Part shown: piece by piece, positions 20,407 through 31,079 of the stretch
Position numbering within the stretch: the first letter of the stretch is position 1
Layout of the letters: each line of letters opens with the position of its first letter
NCBI GenBank assembly: GCA_049325595.1
Contig: JBMOLF010000015.1
Span: forward strand, 187,238-251,237
DNA: 64,000 nucleotides
Reading direction: 5' to 3'
DNA from: Candidatus Babelota bacterium
GTDB lineage: Bacteria; Babelota; Babeliae; Babelales; Vermiphilaceae
Translations under genes and position numbers: made by a program
Notes under the pieces: model-generated
Databases searched by the model: none
Seen by the model: only the letters and a program-made list of their open reading frames with translations
Told to the model about the DNA's origin: nothing

Positions 20407-23400
20407 TTAATCTTTGAAAAATTTAACAATTTCTTGCGCTAATGCTTTTGCACTGGCTTGTGGGTTTTTGAAATCAAACGTAAAGTTCAGAACTTTAGGT
20501 TTTTGTAAAATGTCAATTTGCAGCATTAAATGAGGCAATTTGCCACCGGATATTTCTCGCGCACTTCCTTCAAAACGCACACGTTTTAAAACTACGGTAC
20601 CAAGCAACCCACGAGCTACCCATTTACCGCCCTCAAATACCGCCAACCCACTTTGTTTTGCACCTTCAAGCACCCCATTAGCCGTTTCACGCGCTGCAAT
20701 TAAGGTACCTTTTGCAACTGACCGAGCAACCTTGTCTAAAAATTCTTCTGCTCCTCGTAAGACTAGTTGAGCGGCATTTCTACTTTGCTCAATTGCAAAG
20801 CGGGAAGTAACACGCGCTCTTTCAAGATCGTGCTCTATCTTTGCAATACTTATCTGCAAAGTGGCATTTGCTGTTTCAAGTGCAGCAATTTGCACCCCAT
20901 TTTTTATTCCTAATGCAATTTTCTCGAAAGTGCTTGCGCGATCAATTTCAGATTTAAGTCGTGCAATCTCGCGATTGTTTGCATCGATTTTCATACGTAC
21001 TTTGTATAATTCACTTTGTTGCTGATTAATTGAGCGATCAATTTCTGCTAATTGGTTATCCCACGATCTTAAATCTGCACGTGCTTGTTCAACTTTAGCT
21101 TTTGCCTCGTTTATTTGACGATCGGCATTGGCAATTTCATTGTTAATACGCTGAACATCAGCTTGTGCTCTGCTAATATCACGCTCTGTTTTACGTTGCA
21201 ACTCAGTTAATGCTTCGTTAATATACTTGAGTGCATAGTCGGTAAACTGCTGTCTAAAATCGATTACCAATCTAAAATCTGGTTTTGGTACATTAATTTC
21301 TGCTTTACCCTCCACCAAAGCCTGGAACATATCAGCAATTGCCGTTTCAAATCTAAAGCTCATATCATTTCGTGCAATACTCACTCGACTATCAACTTTA
21401 AATAAATCAGCTAGTTCGATTTTTCCAGATAACAAGAATTCTTGCTCAGGTAAGGTAAGAATCAACTTAACAATTGGCCCACCAGTTGGACTATCAGTTG
21501 GTTTACTTGCTGAGATTTTTAATGGACCAGCTTGAATAATTGAAGTGTATCCCAATGCGCGAATACCAGTGCGGTCGACATTAAAATCAATAACTCCTTT
21601 GGTGTCTAATATATGCAATTCACCTTTTACTGTAATACCTTGAGGAATAGTAATTTCTCCAATCTTAACGGTTTTAGGAGCAAATTTGAGCTCAACATCT
21701 TTTACCGCGATGTACGGTACTTTAGATTCATCAATACGAGCACCAAGTGGATTTGCAATTGCTTGTACTAAATCAAGCAATGATAATTCATTAAGCGATC
21801 CCGCCAAGGTCATATTTTTAAAGAGCGTATCAAATTGACCAGCTAGGAATAATTTGTGCTTACCGATATCCATTTTCCCGGTCAAGCCAAGTCGGTTTGG
21901 CAATCCGGTTGCAACTAATTGCGCATAATTTAATCCCAATTGCGCAGCCACATCAGCAATTGATAATCCTTGCAGATTAAATGGGTTTTCCCATTTACCA
22001 AGCATAGTTGCAGCAAATGTTGCATCTAAAGGATCAAGCTCAATACGTCCAATAAATTTAAGCGGTACATCATTAATGGTTGGTTTTATATAAAGCGTTG
22101 TTAAAAGGGCTAACGATGGTCTACCAGTTATTTCAAGCGCTAATGGCCCAGTTGACATTAATTCGGTTGATAATGGTAAGCTTCCGGTTAATTTCGCTCC
22201 CAATACAAGATCTTGTGGGTTGGGGTTTATAATACCGTATACTTTTACTTTACGTTCTTCTCCACCTAAGATCTTCCGTAAATTATCAAGATCACCAATA
22301 AGCGGTAAATATGCTGCAAAGGTAAGTCCTTTTCGTATCTCTTCTAATGCAACCTGTTTTTCACCGGGCTTTGATTGAAGATCCAAATTTTCAACACCAA
22401 AAAAGTCTCGTTCTGGTAGATCATAATCAAGCGTACTTGCTAAAAAATACGCTTTTTCAAAGCTAAGTCTTTCTAAAATAGTGCCACGTAAAGATGGGAA
22501 TGAATCTGAAAATCTCCATTCATCCGGAACACCTGCTTTGAATATCAAACCTTTATGATCAGGTTCATAAACAATATAAAATGAACCGATAACGGTATGC
22601 CCTAATAGCGTCGTGGTTGCGCCAAGACCAAACAACAATTTGGTAGCATCAGAACGTGAAACATTAAAACTGGCTTTCAGGTTGTTAAACGTTAAGCTAT
22701 TAATAGTTGGTATACTAAATGAGCTAAATGGAGACCATTGATCCTTAGTTGCATTCACTCCTAATAAAAATCCTTCATTTTCATCGTAACCAATTGATAT
22801 CTGCAAATCGAGCAATTGAATTTTAGGAATAGTTAATTGTGCTCCTGCTGTTAATAAAAATGAGGGCTTTTGCCCTGGTTTGTACCCAAAAGCAAGTTTA
22901 ATAGCTTGAATATTTTGAATAACATCAGGAATTTTTTTGAAAATAGGCAGCGCTATTTCTTCTAACTCTCCCTCCATTGAAAAACCCTCTTCTTTGCTAA
23001 TTTTTGCAGCAACTTGGACATTGCTTACTGCAGTTCCGAGCTCATTTTGTTGATTAATTTGTGAAAAGTCAGCTCGCCCCGTAAATGACATACTTACACC
23101 CTGAGAAACACTTTCTTGAGAGCCATAACTCGTATTAAATTCAACACCGGTAAGAGGCACTGAAGAATAAATAGTTTTTTCCAGCGGTTTAATTAATTCA
23201 CCCATGGTAATTGCCGGAAGATTAAATGTCGCAGAAACCCCTTCTTTGCTGGCTACAAAATTAAGAGCTGCCGGATTACCAAAAAAACGAATCCAAGAAA
23301 TTAGATTAACTGGCTCATTTTCTTGTAACTGTAACAAAACTGAATTAAGTTGGATTGATCTTCCCGGAACTAAGGTTAAAGTTGGTTCATCTTTGAATCT

Positions 23401-23970
23401 AATTAGAAATTGAGCAGTTCTAATAGTAGTTGCTTTTTTAGGAAATAAGATAAAATCAAATTGAGGAACAACTATTTCACCTTTGGCGTTGGTAGTGGGA
23501 GTTCGTGTTAGAAAAGTGCCACCTGATGTACTTTCACTCGTAAAAGTCTGTAAATTTAACGTTCCTCTTTTGCCAAATAACGTAACATCACCTTCAACTT
23601 TAAGTTTATTGTTTTCATCTAAATAAATAATGCCGCCATCTAAACTTACTGGCCCAAGTTGTTTTTGTGGTAAGCTTGTAGCCCAACGACCAAAGCCAGT
23701 TTCAGCAGCTTCCTCTTTACGGAGCGTAACATTACCAATGAGTGGAATATTAAAAGAAAATTCATCAATCTGGGCAAATTCTTGGTCTATATCTTCAGCA
23801 AATTGGACTTCTTGTCCTTCAAAAACTTCAAAGCCAACTGCTGCAATATTAGAATCAATCTGAACAGTTAGTAAATTATCTTGCGTCCAGATAGCAGTTG
23901 TATAGGTAAACACAAATACTGCTATTAAAAAACCTTGTAATTTTCTTGCCAATAGGCGCTTCATCCCCAT
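20407..23970 (-). CDS. Large exported protein, beta-strand-rich body with C-terminal coiled coil
   Basis: 1187-aa ORF; N-terminal signal; alternating hydrophobic beta pattern; heptad region ~aa 915-1060. Confidence 0.8.
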   Translation of the reverse strand: MGMKRLLARKLQGFLIAVFVFTYTTAIWTQDNLLTVQIDSNIAAVGFEVFEGQEVQFAEDIDQEFAQIDEFSFNIPLIGNVTLRKEEAAETGFGRWATSLPQKQLGPVSLDGGIIYLDENNKLKVEGDVTLFGKRGTLNLQTFTSESTSGGTFLTRTPTTNAKGEIVVPQFDFILFPKKATTIRTAQFLIRFKDEPTLTLVPGRSIQLNSVLLQLQENEPVNLISWIRFFGNPAALNFVASKEGVSATFNLPAITMGELIKPLEKTIYSSVPLTGVEFNTSYGSQESVSQGVSMSFTGRADFSQINQQNELGTAVSNVQVAAKISKEEGFSMEGELEEIALPIFKKIPDVIQNIQAIKLAFGYKPGQKPSFLLTAGAQLTIPKIQLLDLQISIGYDENEGFLLGVNATKDQWSPFSSFSIPTINSLTFNNLKASFNVSRSDATKLLFGLGATTTLLGHTVIGSFYIVYEPDHKGLIFKAGVPDEWRFSDSFPSLRGTILERLSFEKAYFLASTLDYDLPERDFFGVENLDLQSKPGEKQVALEEIRKGLTFAAYLPLIGDLDNLRKILGGEERKVKVYGIINPNPQDLVLGAKLTGSLPLSTELMSTGPLALEITGRPSLALLTTLYIKPTINDVPLKFIGRIELDPLDATFAATMLGKWENPFNLQGLSIADVAAQLGLNYAQLVATGLPNRLGLTGKMDIGKHKLFLAGQFDTLFKNMTLAGSLNELSLLDLVQAIANPLGARIDESKVPYIAVKDVELKFAPKTVKIGEITIPQGITVKGELHILDTKGVIDFNVDRTGIRALGYTSIIQAGPLKISASKPTDSPTGGPIVKLILTLPEQEFLLSGKIELADLFKVDSRVSIARNDMSFRFETAIADMFQALVEGKAEINVPKPDFRLVIDFRQQFTDYALKYINEALTELQRKTERDISRAQADVQRINNEIANADRQINEAKAKVEQARADLRSWDNQLAEIDRSINQQQSELYKVRMKIDANNREIARLKSEIDRASTFEKIALGIKNGVQIAALETANATLQISIAKIEHDLERARVTSRFAIEQSRNAAQLVLRGAEEFLDKVARSVAKGTLIAARETANGVLEGAKQSGLAVFEGGKWVARGLLGTVVLKRVRFEGSAREISGGKLPHLMLQIDILQKPKVLNFTFDFKNPQASAKALAQEIVKFFKD

Positions 23971-24127
23971 TCTCCCAATTATAAAAATAATTTCTATTAT
24001 TATAATTGTGACAGAATGAAAATAATATATTCAACTATTTTGAAAAAAAGCACTCAAGTAAGACAATCTTAGAAGTGATATGACTGTTGAATGTTTTAGT
24101 AATTAAAACAACTGTTTTACAATTCGA

Positions 24128-24583
24128 TTATATCCCGCCCCATGTATCAATTTGCGCAATACGCTGTGCATATCGCCCACCTTTTGGCTGCGTTACAAGC
24201 CATGCCTGTACCATTTGTATAAGTTGATGTTCAGAAATATAATCAGCCGGAATAACTAAGATATTTGACGAGTCATCTGCGCGGCTTTGTATGGCAACTT
24301 CTTTGTTCCAAACTAATGCTGCATAAATACCTGCAAATCGGTTAGCCGCAATAGCCATGCCTACGCCACTACCACATAATAAAATACCTAATTGCGCTTG
24401 TCCGCTGCGTATTTTTTCTACAACAGCCTTTGCAAATGGCGGATAATCACAGCGTTCGCTGGTGGTACAACCAACGTCTATCCAATTGATTACTATATCG
24501 GCAGTTGCTTTTAATTTGATTAATTTATTTTTATAGTCAAAACCACGATGATCAGTGCCAATTGCGATTGTTATGGACATCAT
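24128..24583 (-). CDS. rpiB: Ribose-5-phosphate isomerase B
   Basis: IGTDHRG, CDYP, LCGSGVGMAIAANR, GGRYAQRI. Confidence 0.93.
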   Translation of the reverse strand: MMSITIAIGTDHRGFDYKNKLIKLKATADIVINWIDVGCTTSERCDYPPFAKAVVEKIRSGQAQLGILLCGSGVGMAIAANRFAGIYAALVWNKEVAIQSRADDSSNILVIPADYISEHQLIQMVQAWLVTQPKGGRYAQRIAQIDTWGGI

Positions 24584-24592
24584 TATCCCTTT

Positions 24593-25327
24593 TTACTGTA
24601 ATCCAACCAAGTCTCGTTCCTCACAATTTGGCGTACAGCCACCATGATTTACCGGCAAGCAACATTGCCCAGTCGCACATGGATTACATGGATTATGTGC
24701 ATCTTCTGGTCTTGTCGCCCAGGTAACAACCCCTTCTTTTTTTATTGATCTAAAACGCATGCTCATACAACGAGTTTGCTCGGTAATGATATCATTTTCA
24801 TCATTATCTTGTGCTTCAAATTTTACCATATAGGCAGTTTTAAAACGATTATAGCGATTACCAAAAAATGCTTGGTACTCGGGTGTAAGTTCAATTGGCT
24901 TTATTTCGATTGGCGTATATACCTGACCATCAATTTCAAGCATTACCGTCCACACTGAATCAGGTTCACCTAACGGAAACTCATGCAAACTGAGTATAAT
25001 AAACGATATAAAGTGTTCATTTTCGGCTAGTAGTCGGCGCAATAAATTATTTTCTTGGATTTCATTTTTACCCACCCGGTGGCTGTGTGTCTGTGCATAT
25101 GCAGTGCGCACTTCATCAGAAAGCCATAACGCATCAAAAATGCCGACCGTAGTAAATTGATCATAGATAATAATTGTTCTTACATAGGCGCACACACCCG
25201 AAGGAATTCCTTCGGCTTCAATTCCTTGATAAAAGTTGCATTTTCCCCAGTCTATAAGTCTGCCACAACCGCAAAGCCCCATAAGAAAAACAAGAAGAAC
25301 AGCACGAAATAAAAATGGATGCTTCAT
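24593..25327 (-). CDS. Hypothetical lipoprotein
   Basis: MKHPFLFRAVLLVFLMGLCGC lipobox-like N-terminus; Cys-rich C-terminus. Confidence 0.7.
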   Translation of the reverse strand: MKHPFLFRAVLLVFLMGLCGCGRLIDWGKCNFYQGIEAEGIPSGVCAYVRTIIIYDQFTTVGIFDALWLSDEVRTAYAQTHSHRVGKNEIQENNLLRRLLAENEHFISFIILSLHEFPLGEPDSVWTVMLEIDGQVYTPIEIKPIELTPEYQAFFGNRYNRFKTAYMVKFEAQDNDENDIITEQTRCMSMRFRSIKKEGVVTWATRPEDAHNPCNPCATGQCCLPVNHGGCTPNCEERDLVGLQ

Positions 25328-25433
25328 AAAGATGCCTCTTTTTTTTAGACTCAGGATATCCTTTGTATAGTAAAAAAAAGAGTTATAATTGACAAGTTCA
25401 AGTAACCATCTTGCAATGAGCGAGGCATAAAAA

Positions 25434-26657
25434 ATGAATATTGCATTGTTATTGGCCAAAAGATATTTGCTCCGACATCAAGAAAAAAACATATCGGTCA
25501 TGTTAAAAATATGCTTTTTAGCTTTATTTGTAGGTTCTTTAGCATTAGCGTTAGTCTTATGCATTATGCAAGGCTTTGAAACAGCCACACACGAAAAATT
25601 ACGTGGCATTCATGCACCAATTATAATGCAAGCAGGAGGCCAAGCTCTTGATAGCAGTGCTATTGGTAAAGTATTGAATGAAGAATTTCCTGAGATTGTT
25701 TCGTGGAGCAGCTCTGCTCTTAAACAAATTATTGTGCAAAACCCCCAAACAACACAAACAAGCCACGTCGTTTTGCTTAAAGGGATCGATGCCCAACAAG
25801 AGCATTTAGTAACTAATATTGCTCAAATGATCACTAAGCAATTAGTATCATGGCCTGACTTATTGCAAGATAACCAAATTATAATTGGCAATAAATTAGC
25901 ACAAGATTTACAAGCTACTATCGGTTCGGAGGTTACTCTTCTTTATTCACCCATTGATTCATATGAATCAAAAAAAATTAATCTTGAATCTACCACTGCA
26001 ACCATTAGCGGAATTTTTAATACCGGAATCGAAGAATTTGATAATGGTCTGATAATTTCTTCATTGTCATTTTTTTCAGAGTTATTTCCTGAAGAAGGCG
26101 TTACACAAATTAGTATAAAAACTGCTCCCACTAGTGATGAAAATAAATTAGTAAAACGACTTAAAGAACGATTTGAAAACTTGTCAGTCTATAGCTGGAA
26201 AGATTTGTATCCTGCTTTAGTTTCTGCTTTAAAGCTTGAAAAATATGCCATGTTTTTTGTAGTCAGCTTAATGATTTTGGTAGCAAGCATGAATATCATT
26301 TCGTTATTATACATGCAAATTATTCAAAAAAGGGCCGATATTGCCATTTTAAAAACGCTTGGTGCTAGTTCGTTGCTAATTCGTCGTATATTTTTTTGGT
26401 ATGGTATGATTATCTCATTTATTGCCGCATTATCAGGACTATTCACTGCATGGATTATTGGATTACTGCTAAAAAAATATATCCATATTCCCTTGCCTGA
26501 TAGTTATTATGTAACCTATGTACCGATTGAATTAAACTGGCATTTATTTGCTCTTGTATTTGGCGTAATAATCGGTATAAGCTTACTGGCAGTACGATTA
26601 CCATTACGAACAGTAGAGCGTATTACTATTTTAAATTTATTACGTTTTGAGGTTTAA
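25434..26657 (+). CDS. LolC/LolE-like ABC transporter permease
   Basis: LCIMQGFE, SWKDLYPALVSALKLEK, KRADIAILKTLGA; 4-TM MacB/FtsX topology. Confidence 0.88.
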   Translation: MNIALLLAKRYLLRHQEKNISVMLKICFLALFVGSLALALVLCIMQGFETATHEKLRGIHAPIIMQAGGQALDSSAIGKVLNEEFPEIVSWSSSALKQIIVQNPQTTQTSHVVLLKGIDAQQEHLVTNIAQMITKQLVSWPDLLQDNQIIIGNKLAQDLQATIGSEVTLLYSPIDSYESKKINLESTTATISGIFNTGIEEFDNGLIISSLSFFSELFPEEGVTQISIKTAPTSDENKLVKRLKERFENLSVYSWKDLYPALVSALKLEKYAMFFVVSLMILVASMNIISLLYMQIIQKRADIAILKTLGASSLLIRRIFFWYGMIISFIAALSGLFTAWIIGLLLKKYIHIPLPDSYYVTYVPIELNWHLFALVFGVIIGISLLAVRLPLRTVERITILNLLRFEV

Positions 26658-27830
26658 GTGACAAAATACTTAACCGTAAAAGATATTAATATTTATAAAC
26701 AACGGATTTTATTACGAGCCGATCTAAATGTTCCCATCTTAAATAACACGATTATTGATGATTATCGACTACATGCCATTTTGCCAACAATTGATTATTT
26801 ATTACACCAACAAACTCATATTGTATTGATAACTCACCTTGGAAAACCCAAAGGAATTGAAAAAAGTTTATCAACACATATTTTAGTACCATGGTTTCAA
26901 AATAAAGGGTACTCAATTACCTTTGCACCAGATATCAATACCGCCTATCAATTGAGCCAAGAAAAAATAAATCGCATTGTTCTGGTTGAAAATTTACGCT
27001 TTTTTGCCGGCGAACAACAATCAGATTCTACTTTTGCACAGCAACTTGCGACACTAGGTGATATTTTTGTAAATGATGCATTTGGTACGCTACACCGCAA
27101 CGACAGTTCAATAGTATTAACGCCATCATGTTTTGCTAAAAATAAACGATGCATCGGATTACTTGTTGCTAAAGAATTATCCGAACTTGAAAAACTATTT
27201 TTCCCCAAAAAACCGTTTACACTCATACTGGGTGGTGGAAAACCAAAAACAAAAATCCCATTAATCATTAATTTACTTGATAAAACTGATTATGTTTTAT
27301 TGTGTCCTGCTCTTGCTTTTACTTTTTTAGCTGCGCAAGACATACCGGTTGGCGCTTCATTGATAGATAGCACCTTATTTAACGACTGTCTTGAAATTAT
27401 TAAGAAAACAAAACAAACTAGAACGCAACTTATTTTTCCTATGGATTATATGGTGAGTAAGAATAAATTAAATCCTCCTTATCGCACCATTACTATACAT
27501 AACTTTGAAAGCTTTGATAGTGGCGTAAGCATTGGCCCTAAAACAATTGAGGACTGGGAGCCAATTATTAACAAAAGCAAAACTATATTTTTTAATGGAC
27601 TAATGGGTGATTTATCTATACCGGAATCGACGAGCTCAAGTATGGAATTATTTAAGGTAATCACCCAATCTAATGGTTTTAGCGTTATTGCAGGAGGAGA
27701 TTCAGTTGCTGCTGCAATAAAGGGCGGTTTTGAGAAAAAAATTAGTTATTTATCAACCGGCGGTGGAGCTACTCTGGCTTATCTTGCAGGCCAGGAGTTA
27801 CCTGGCCTTAACGCATTAAGAGCTAATTAA
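26658..27830 (+). CDS. pgk: Phosphoglycerate kinase
   Basis: RADLNVP, HLGKP, ENLRF, VNDAFGTLHR, GGGDS-like AGGDS, STGGGA. Confidence 0.95.
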   Translation: MTKYLTVKDINIYKQRILLRADLNVPILNNTIIDDYRLHAILPTIDYLLHQQTHIVLITHLGKPKGIEKSLSTHILVPWFQNKGYSITFAPDINTAYQLSQEKINRIVLVENLRFFAGEQQSDSTFAQQLATLGDIFVNDAFGTLHRNDSSIVLTPSCFAKNKRCIGLLVAKELSELEKLFFPKKPFTLILGGGKPKTKIPLIINLLDKTDYVLLCPALAFTFLAAQDIPVGASLIDSTLFNDCLEIIKKTKQTRTQLIFPMDYMVSKNKLNPPYRTITIHNFESFDSGVSIGPKTIEDWEPIINKSKTIFFNGLMGDLSIPESTSSSMELFKVITQSNGFSVIAGGDSVAAAIKGGFEKKISYLSTGGGATLAYLAGQELPGLNALRAN

Positions 27831-28360
27831 TAAATAGGACAGAAACTTAATAAACACAAGCCATTCATTAAATGATCTTGTTCAATGTCCATATCACTTG
27901 CACATTCATATAAAAATAGACCGTGGTTATCGTATTTTGAATTCCACGAACAAAATGCATGATTTTTCATACCGAGATTCTCAGCTATCTCATTAACCAT
28001 GCCCACATCAGATATAGCACTTTTTTTACTTGCGCTGCATAACATAATCGAGCGCACCTGCTGGTTAAATGGTGATGATTTCATATGTGCTGAAAATAAA
28101 TCTGGTTGCTCCCAAATTTTATGCGATTCAGGATAACACTCTTCTTTAGAAAAGCCGGTAATGCCTTTAAGACAATTAAAATCAGGATTATCAACCAAAT
28201 AGGCTGCTTTGGTGATTTTAAAGCACCGATCATGGCATAGATCATGCATGACAAACTCTGTAAGATTATCAGTACCCTGCATTGTTAATATTTTTCTTGG
28301 TAAATAACTGAGATGTTTTAACAATTCATGAGGATGTATCTTTCGGTTGTCTCGCTCCAT
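27827..28360 (-). CDS. Hypothetical protein (possibly GAF-like)
   Basis: 177-aa ORF with AGGAAGG RBS; no recognised catalytic motif. Confidence 0.7.
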   Translation of the reverse strand: MERDNRKIHPHELLKHLSYLPRKILTMQGTDNLTEFVMHDLCHDRCFKITKAAYLVDNPDFNCLKGITGFSKEECYPESHKIWEQPDLFSAHMKSSPFNQQVRSIMLCSASKKSAISDVGMVNEIAENLGMKNHAFCSWNSKYDNHGLFLYECASDMDIEQDHLMNGLCLLSFCPIY

Positions 28361-28556
28361 AACGAGCCCTTCCTTTTTAAAATGTTTTACGCTTCTTTAC
28401 TACACTCCTTGTAATAAACCATACCCTAGTTATAAGGCAACATCAACAGCCCAATTAAATTATCTTTCTGGTTTGACAGGCCTAGCTATATTTTTTATAG
28501 ATTACGTAGTATGTTTTTGAAAAAAAGAGTAGTACCATTTAACGTATGCAAGAATC

Positions 28557-29630
28557 GTGATTAGATATAAATACCTATTTTTACTTATAATTTTTAACGT
28601 TCCTATTAACAGCCGTAGTCCACATCGGTCTCATTATCAACAGATGCCCGAGCTTATTACTCGATGGGTAAGTGATAAACATTATTATTCAATGAAAAGT
28701 CCTTTTTTACAGGAATATCCTATTTTCAAATTATATAATGAGAATTTTTTTTTATCTCATCTTTTACCTGACCAAATAACATCTCTTGCTGACCCTACAA
28801 AAACTGTAAGCGGAAATCATCTAAGTCAATTAATTGAAAATCTTTTAATAGAAATTAAACAAAACAAAAAAAAATTTACTGATTTTGAGCTCCTGCAATG
28901 GAAAGATTACAATAAAAAACGTCATTATGGCTTAATTGTTTTAAAATTTAAACAGTATCCTTTTGTACTTAAATTGTTTATTGAAACCCCTGCAAGCTTA
29001 ACTGCGCCATTTAATAAGGGAATTGAACCAATTTTCCTTTTTTGCATGGGAGGCGGTATCAACCGTCACATGATGGGTTTCACCAGAATTCCTAATCTTG
29101 AAATTATAAACTATCGTCTGAATCAAAGTGAGATATGGGAAAACCAAGTAATTACTCCTCGAAAATGGTATTGGCTTCCAAAAAACAATTATTGGATTGA
29201 AATCACAGGAAAACATATTAATAAAAACAATGAAATTCTTGTTACTAAAATTCCAGGAACTTATGCTATTGTTGCTGACTATATTGAGTGTGAACGAAAA
29301 TTTTCACTTTTTAATGCTAACGATACTGCTCGTGCTCTAGAACTTTGTAATTATCTTGAGCTTTTTATCGATCCGCACATTGAAAATTTTATGATCGAAA
29401 AAAATAGTAAAAAAATAGCTATAGTAGACACTGAACATTTTTTAACTATTGTTGGCTTGGAAAAAGTAACACAAGAATACAAAAATTATGGAAGCTGGTA
29501 TCTCGAGTTAGTTTTAAAATGTTTAAAAGACAGTTTTTTTTGTACAAAAAAAGATAGGATGGAAATTCGCAAGCGCTCATCTGAGCATTGGCCATTTAAC
29601 AACGTTTCTCAATCAAGAGTGTACGTTTAA
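28557..29630 (+). CDS. Exported hypothetical protein with atypical kinase-like motifs
   Basis: FVLKLF lysine, DPHIEN catalytic-loop-like, IAIVDTE; hydrophobic N-terminus. Confidence 0.6.
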   Translation: MIRYKYLFLLIIFNVPINSRSPHRSHYQQMPELITRWVSDKHYYSMKSPFLQEYPIFKLYNENFFLSHLLPDQITSLADPTKTVSGNHLSQLIENLLIEIKQNKKKFTDFELLQWKDYNKKRHYGLIVLKFKQYPFVLKLFIETPASLTAPFNKGIEPIFLFCMGGGINRHMMGFTRIPNLEIINYRLNQSEIWENQVITPRKWYWLPKNNYWIEITGKHINKNNEILVTKIPGTYAIVADYIECERKFSLFNANDTARALELCNYLELFIDPHIENFMIEKNSKKIAIVDTEHFLTIVGLEKVTQEYKNYGSWYLELVLKCLKDSFFCTKKDRMEIRKRSSEHWPFNNVSQSRVYV

Positions 29631-30980
29631 AATTTCTTCTTCCATTTGCTTAAGTTGATTGTGAAAATGCTGTTGCTGCTGCGCTTGTTGAGCAATTTTA
29701 TCAAGCGCATGCATAACGGTAGAATGATCACGCCCCCCTAAAAACATCCCAATATCTCGTAAAGATTTATCGGTAACCTTTTTCATTAAAAACATTGCAA
29801 TTTGTCGAGCAAAAGATAATTCTTTATTGCGCTGTTTTGAACGTAAATCTTCAAGATTATAGTGATAATATTTGTGTACGCACTTGATTACATTATCAAA
29901 ACCAACCGGCATCGTTTTTTGTACCGTGGTGTGGGCAAGAACTTTTTTTGCCAAATCTAAAGTTACCGCTTGCTGTGTCAATGATGCGAAAGCCATAACT
30001 CGAATTAAAGACCCTTCTAATTCACGCACATTACTTACCGCTCGAGAAGCAATAAAATGTGCTACTTCATCATCTAATTGCTCATTATGACTCATTTCTG
30101 CTTTTTTCTTAATAATAGCAATTTTAGTTTCAAGTGTTGGCATATGCATATCAACAACAAGACCCCATGCCAAACGATATTTTAAACGTTCAGCCAATCC
30201 TTTCATATCTTGTGGAAAGGTATCACTTGAAAAAATAATCTGTTTTTGAGCATCATAAAGCGCATTAAAAATATGAAAAAAAGCTTCTTGGGTTTGCTCT
30301 TTATTTGAAATAAATTGAATATCATCAATTAACAATACATCAACTGCTTTATATTTTGCTTGAAAATTATGAACTTTATCAAATCGTATTGCATTGATAA
30401 ATTCATTCACAAAACGATCAGCTGTTTGGTACAACACTGAATAACGTTTATTTTTTTCTTTTATTTCATTACCAATGGCATGAAGCAGATGAGTTTTGCC
30501 TAATCCAGAATCTCCATATACAAAAAGAGGATTATATATTTCTCCGGGTTTTTCTGCGACTGCCTGTGCTGCCGCATATGCAAGAGAATTATTAGGCCCT
30601 ACTACAAAAGTATCAAAGGTATAGCTTCTAATACCAGTAACCTCTTTTTTAGGTATACTCAATGAGGGCGGTTGAGTTTGTGCAACAATCACTTGCGCAG
30701 GAACTATTTTGGGTAGTTCAGATTCCGGACGTTGAATATCGTCAAAAACTATTTTTAAGTCGTCTACGTATAACAATCTTCTTAGATGTGTTTCAAGAAG
30801 ATTCATGTAATGAGATTGAATCCACCCTTTAATAAATTGATTTGGTGCTTGAAGATAGACTAATTTTTGATATGCATCCCAGCGCTTTAGAGTAACAGCA
30901 CGAAACCAAGTCTCTACAACTCGGCTGCCTACCTCATCTTTTGCAAGTATCAAAAATTCTGACCATACATCTCTGACCAT
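29613..30980 (-). CDS. dnaA: Chromosomal replication initiator
   Basis: YTFDTFVVG, YNPLFVYGDSGLGKTHL, LLIDDIQF, QEAFFHIFN, NVRELEG, RQIAMFL, RDHSTVMHA. Confidence 0.98.
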   Translation of the reverse strand: MVRDVWSEFLILAKDEVGSRVVETWFRAVTLKRWDAYQKLVYLQAPNQFIKGWIQSHYMNLLETHLRRLLYVDDLKIVFDDIQRPESELPKIVPAQVIVAQTQPPSLSIPKKEVTGIRSYTFDTFVVGPNNSLAYAAAQAVAEKPGEIYNPLFVYGDSGLGKTHLLHAIGNEIKEKNKRYSVLYQTADRFVNEFINAIRFDKVHNFQAKYKAVDVLLIDDIQFISNKEQTQEAFFHIFNALYDAQKQIIFSSDTFPQDMKGLAERLKYRLAWGLVVDMHMPTLETKIAIIKKKAEMSHNEQLDDEVAHFIASRAVSNVRELEGSLIRVMAFASLTQQAVTLDLAKKVLAHTTVQKTMPVGFDNVIKCVHKYYHYNLEDLRSKQRNKELSFARQIAMFLMKKVTDKSLRDIGMFLGGRDHSTVMHALDKIAQQAQQQQHFHNQLKQMEEEILNVHS

Positions 30981-31079
30981 GAAATTATCTCAATTAAGTG
31001 ACGCTTATAATGAAAAGTTTGTGTATTATAATAAGCCAACTTTACCAAAAGTATTTCATTTGGAGAAGTATAATCTTAT

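Noticed and set aside
30981..31079. oriC next to dnaA
   Set aside because: Short intergenic region with at most one mismatched DnaA box (TGTGTATTA); not enough support.
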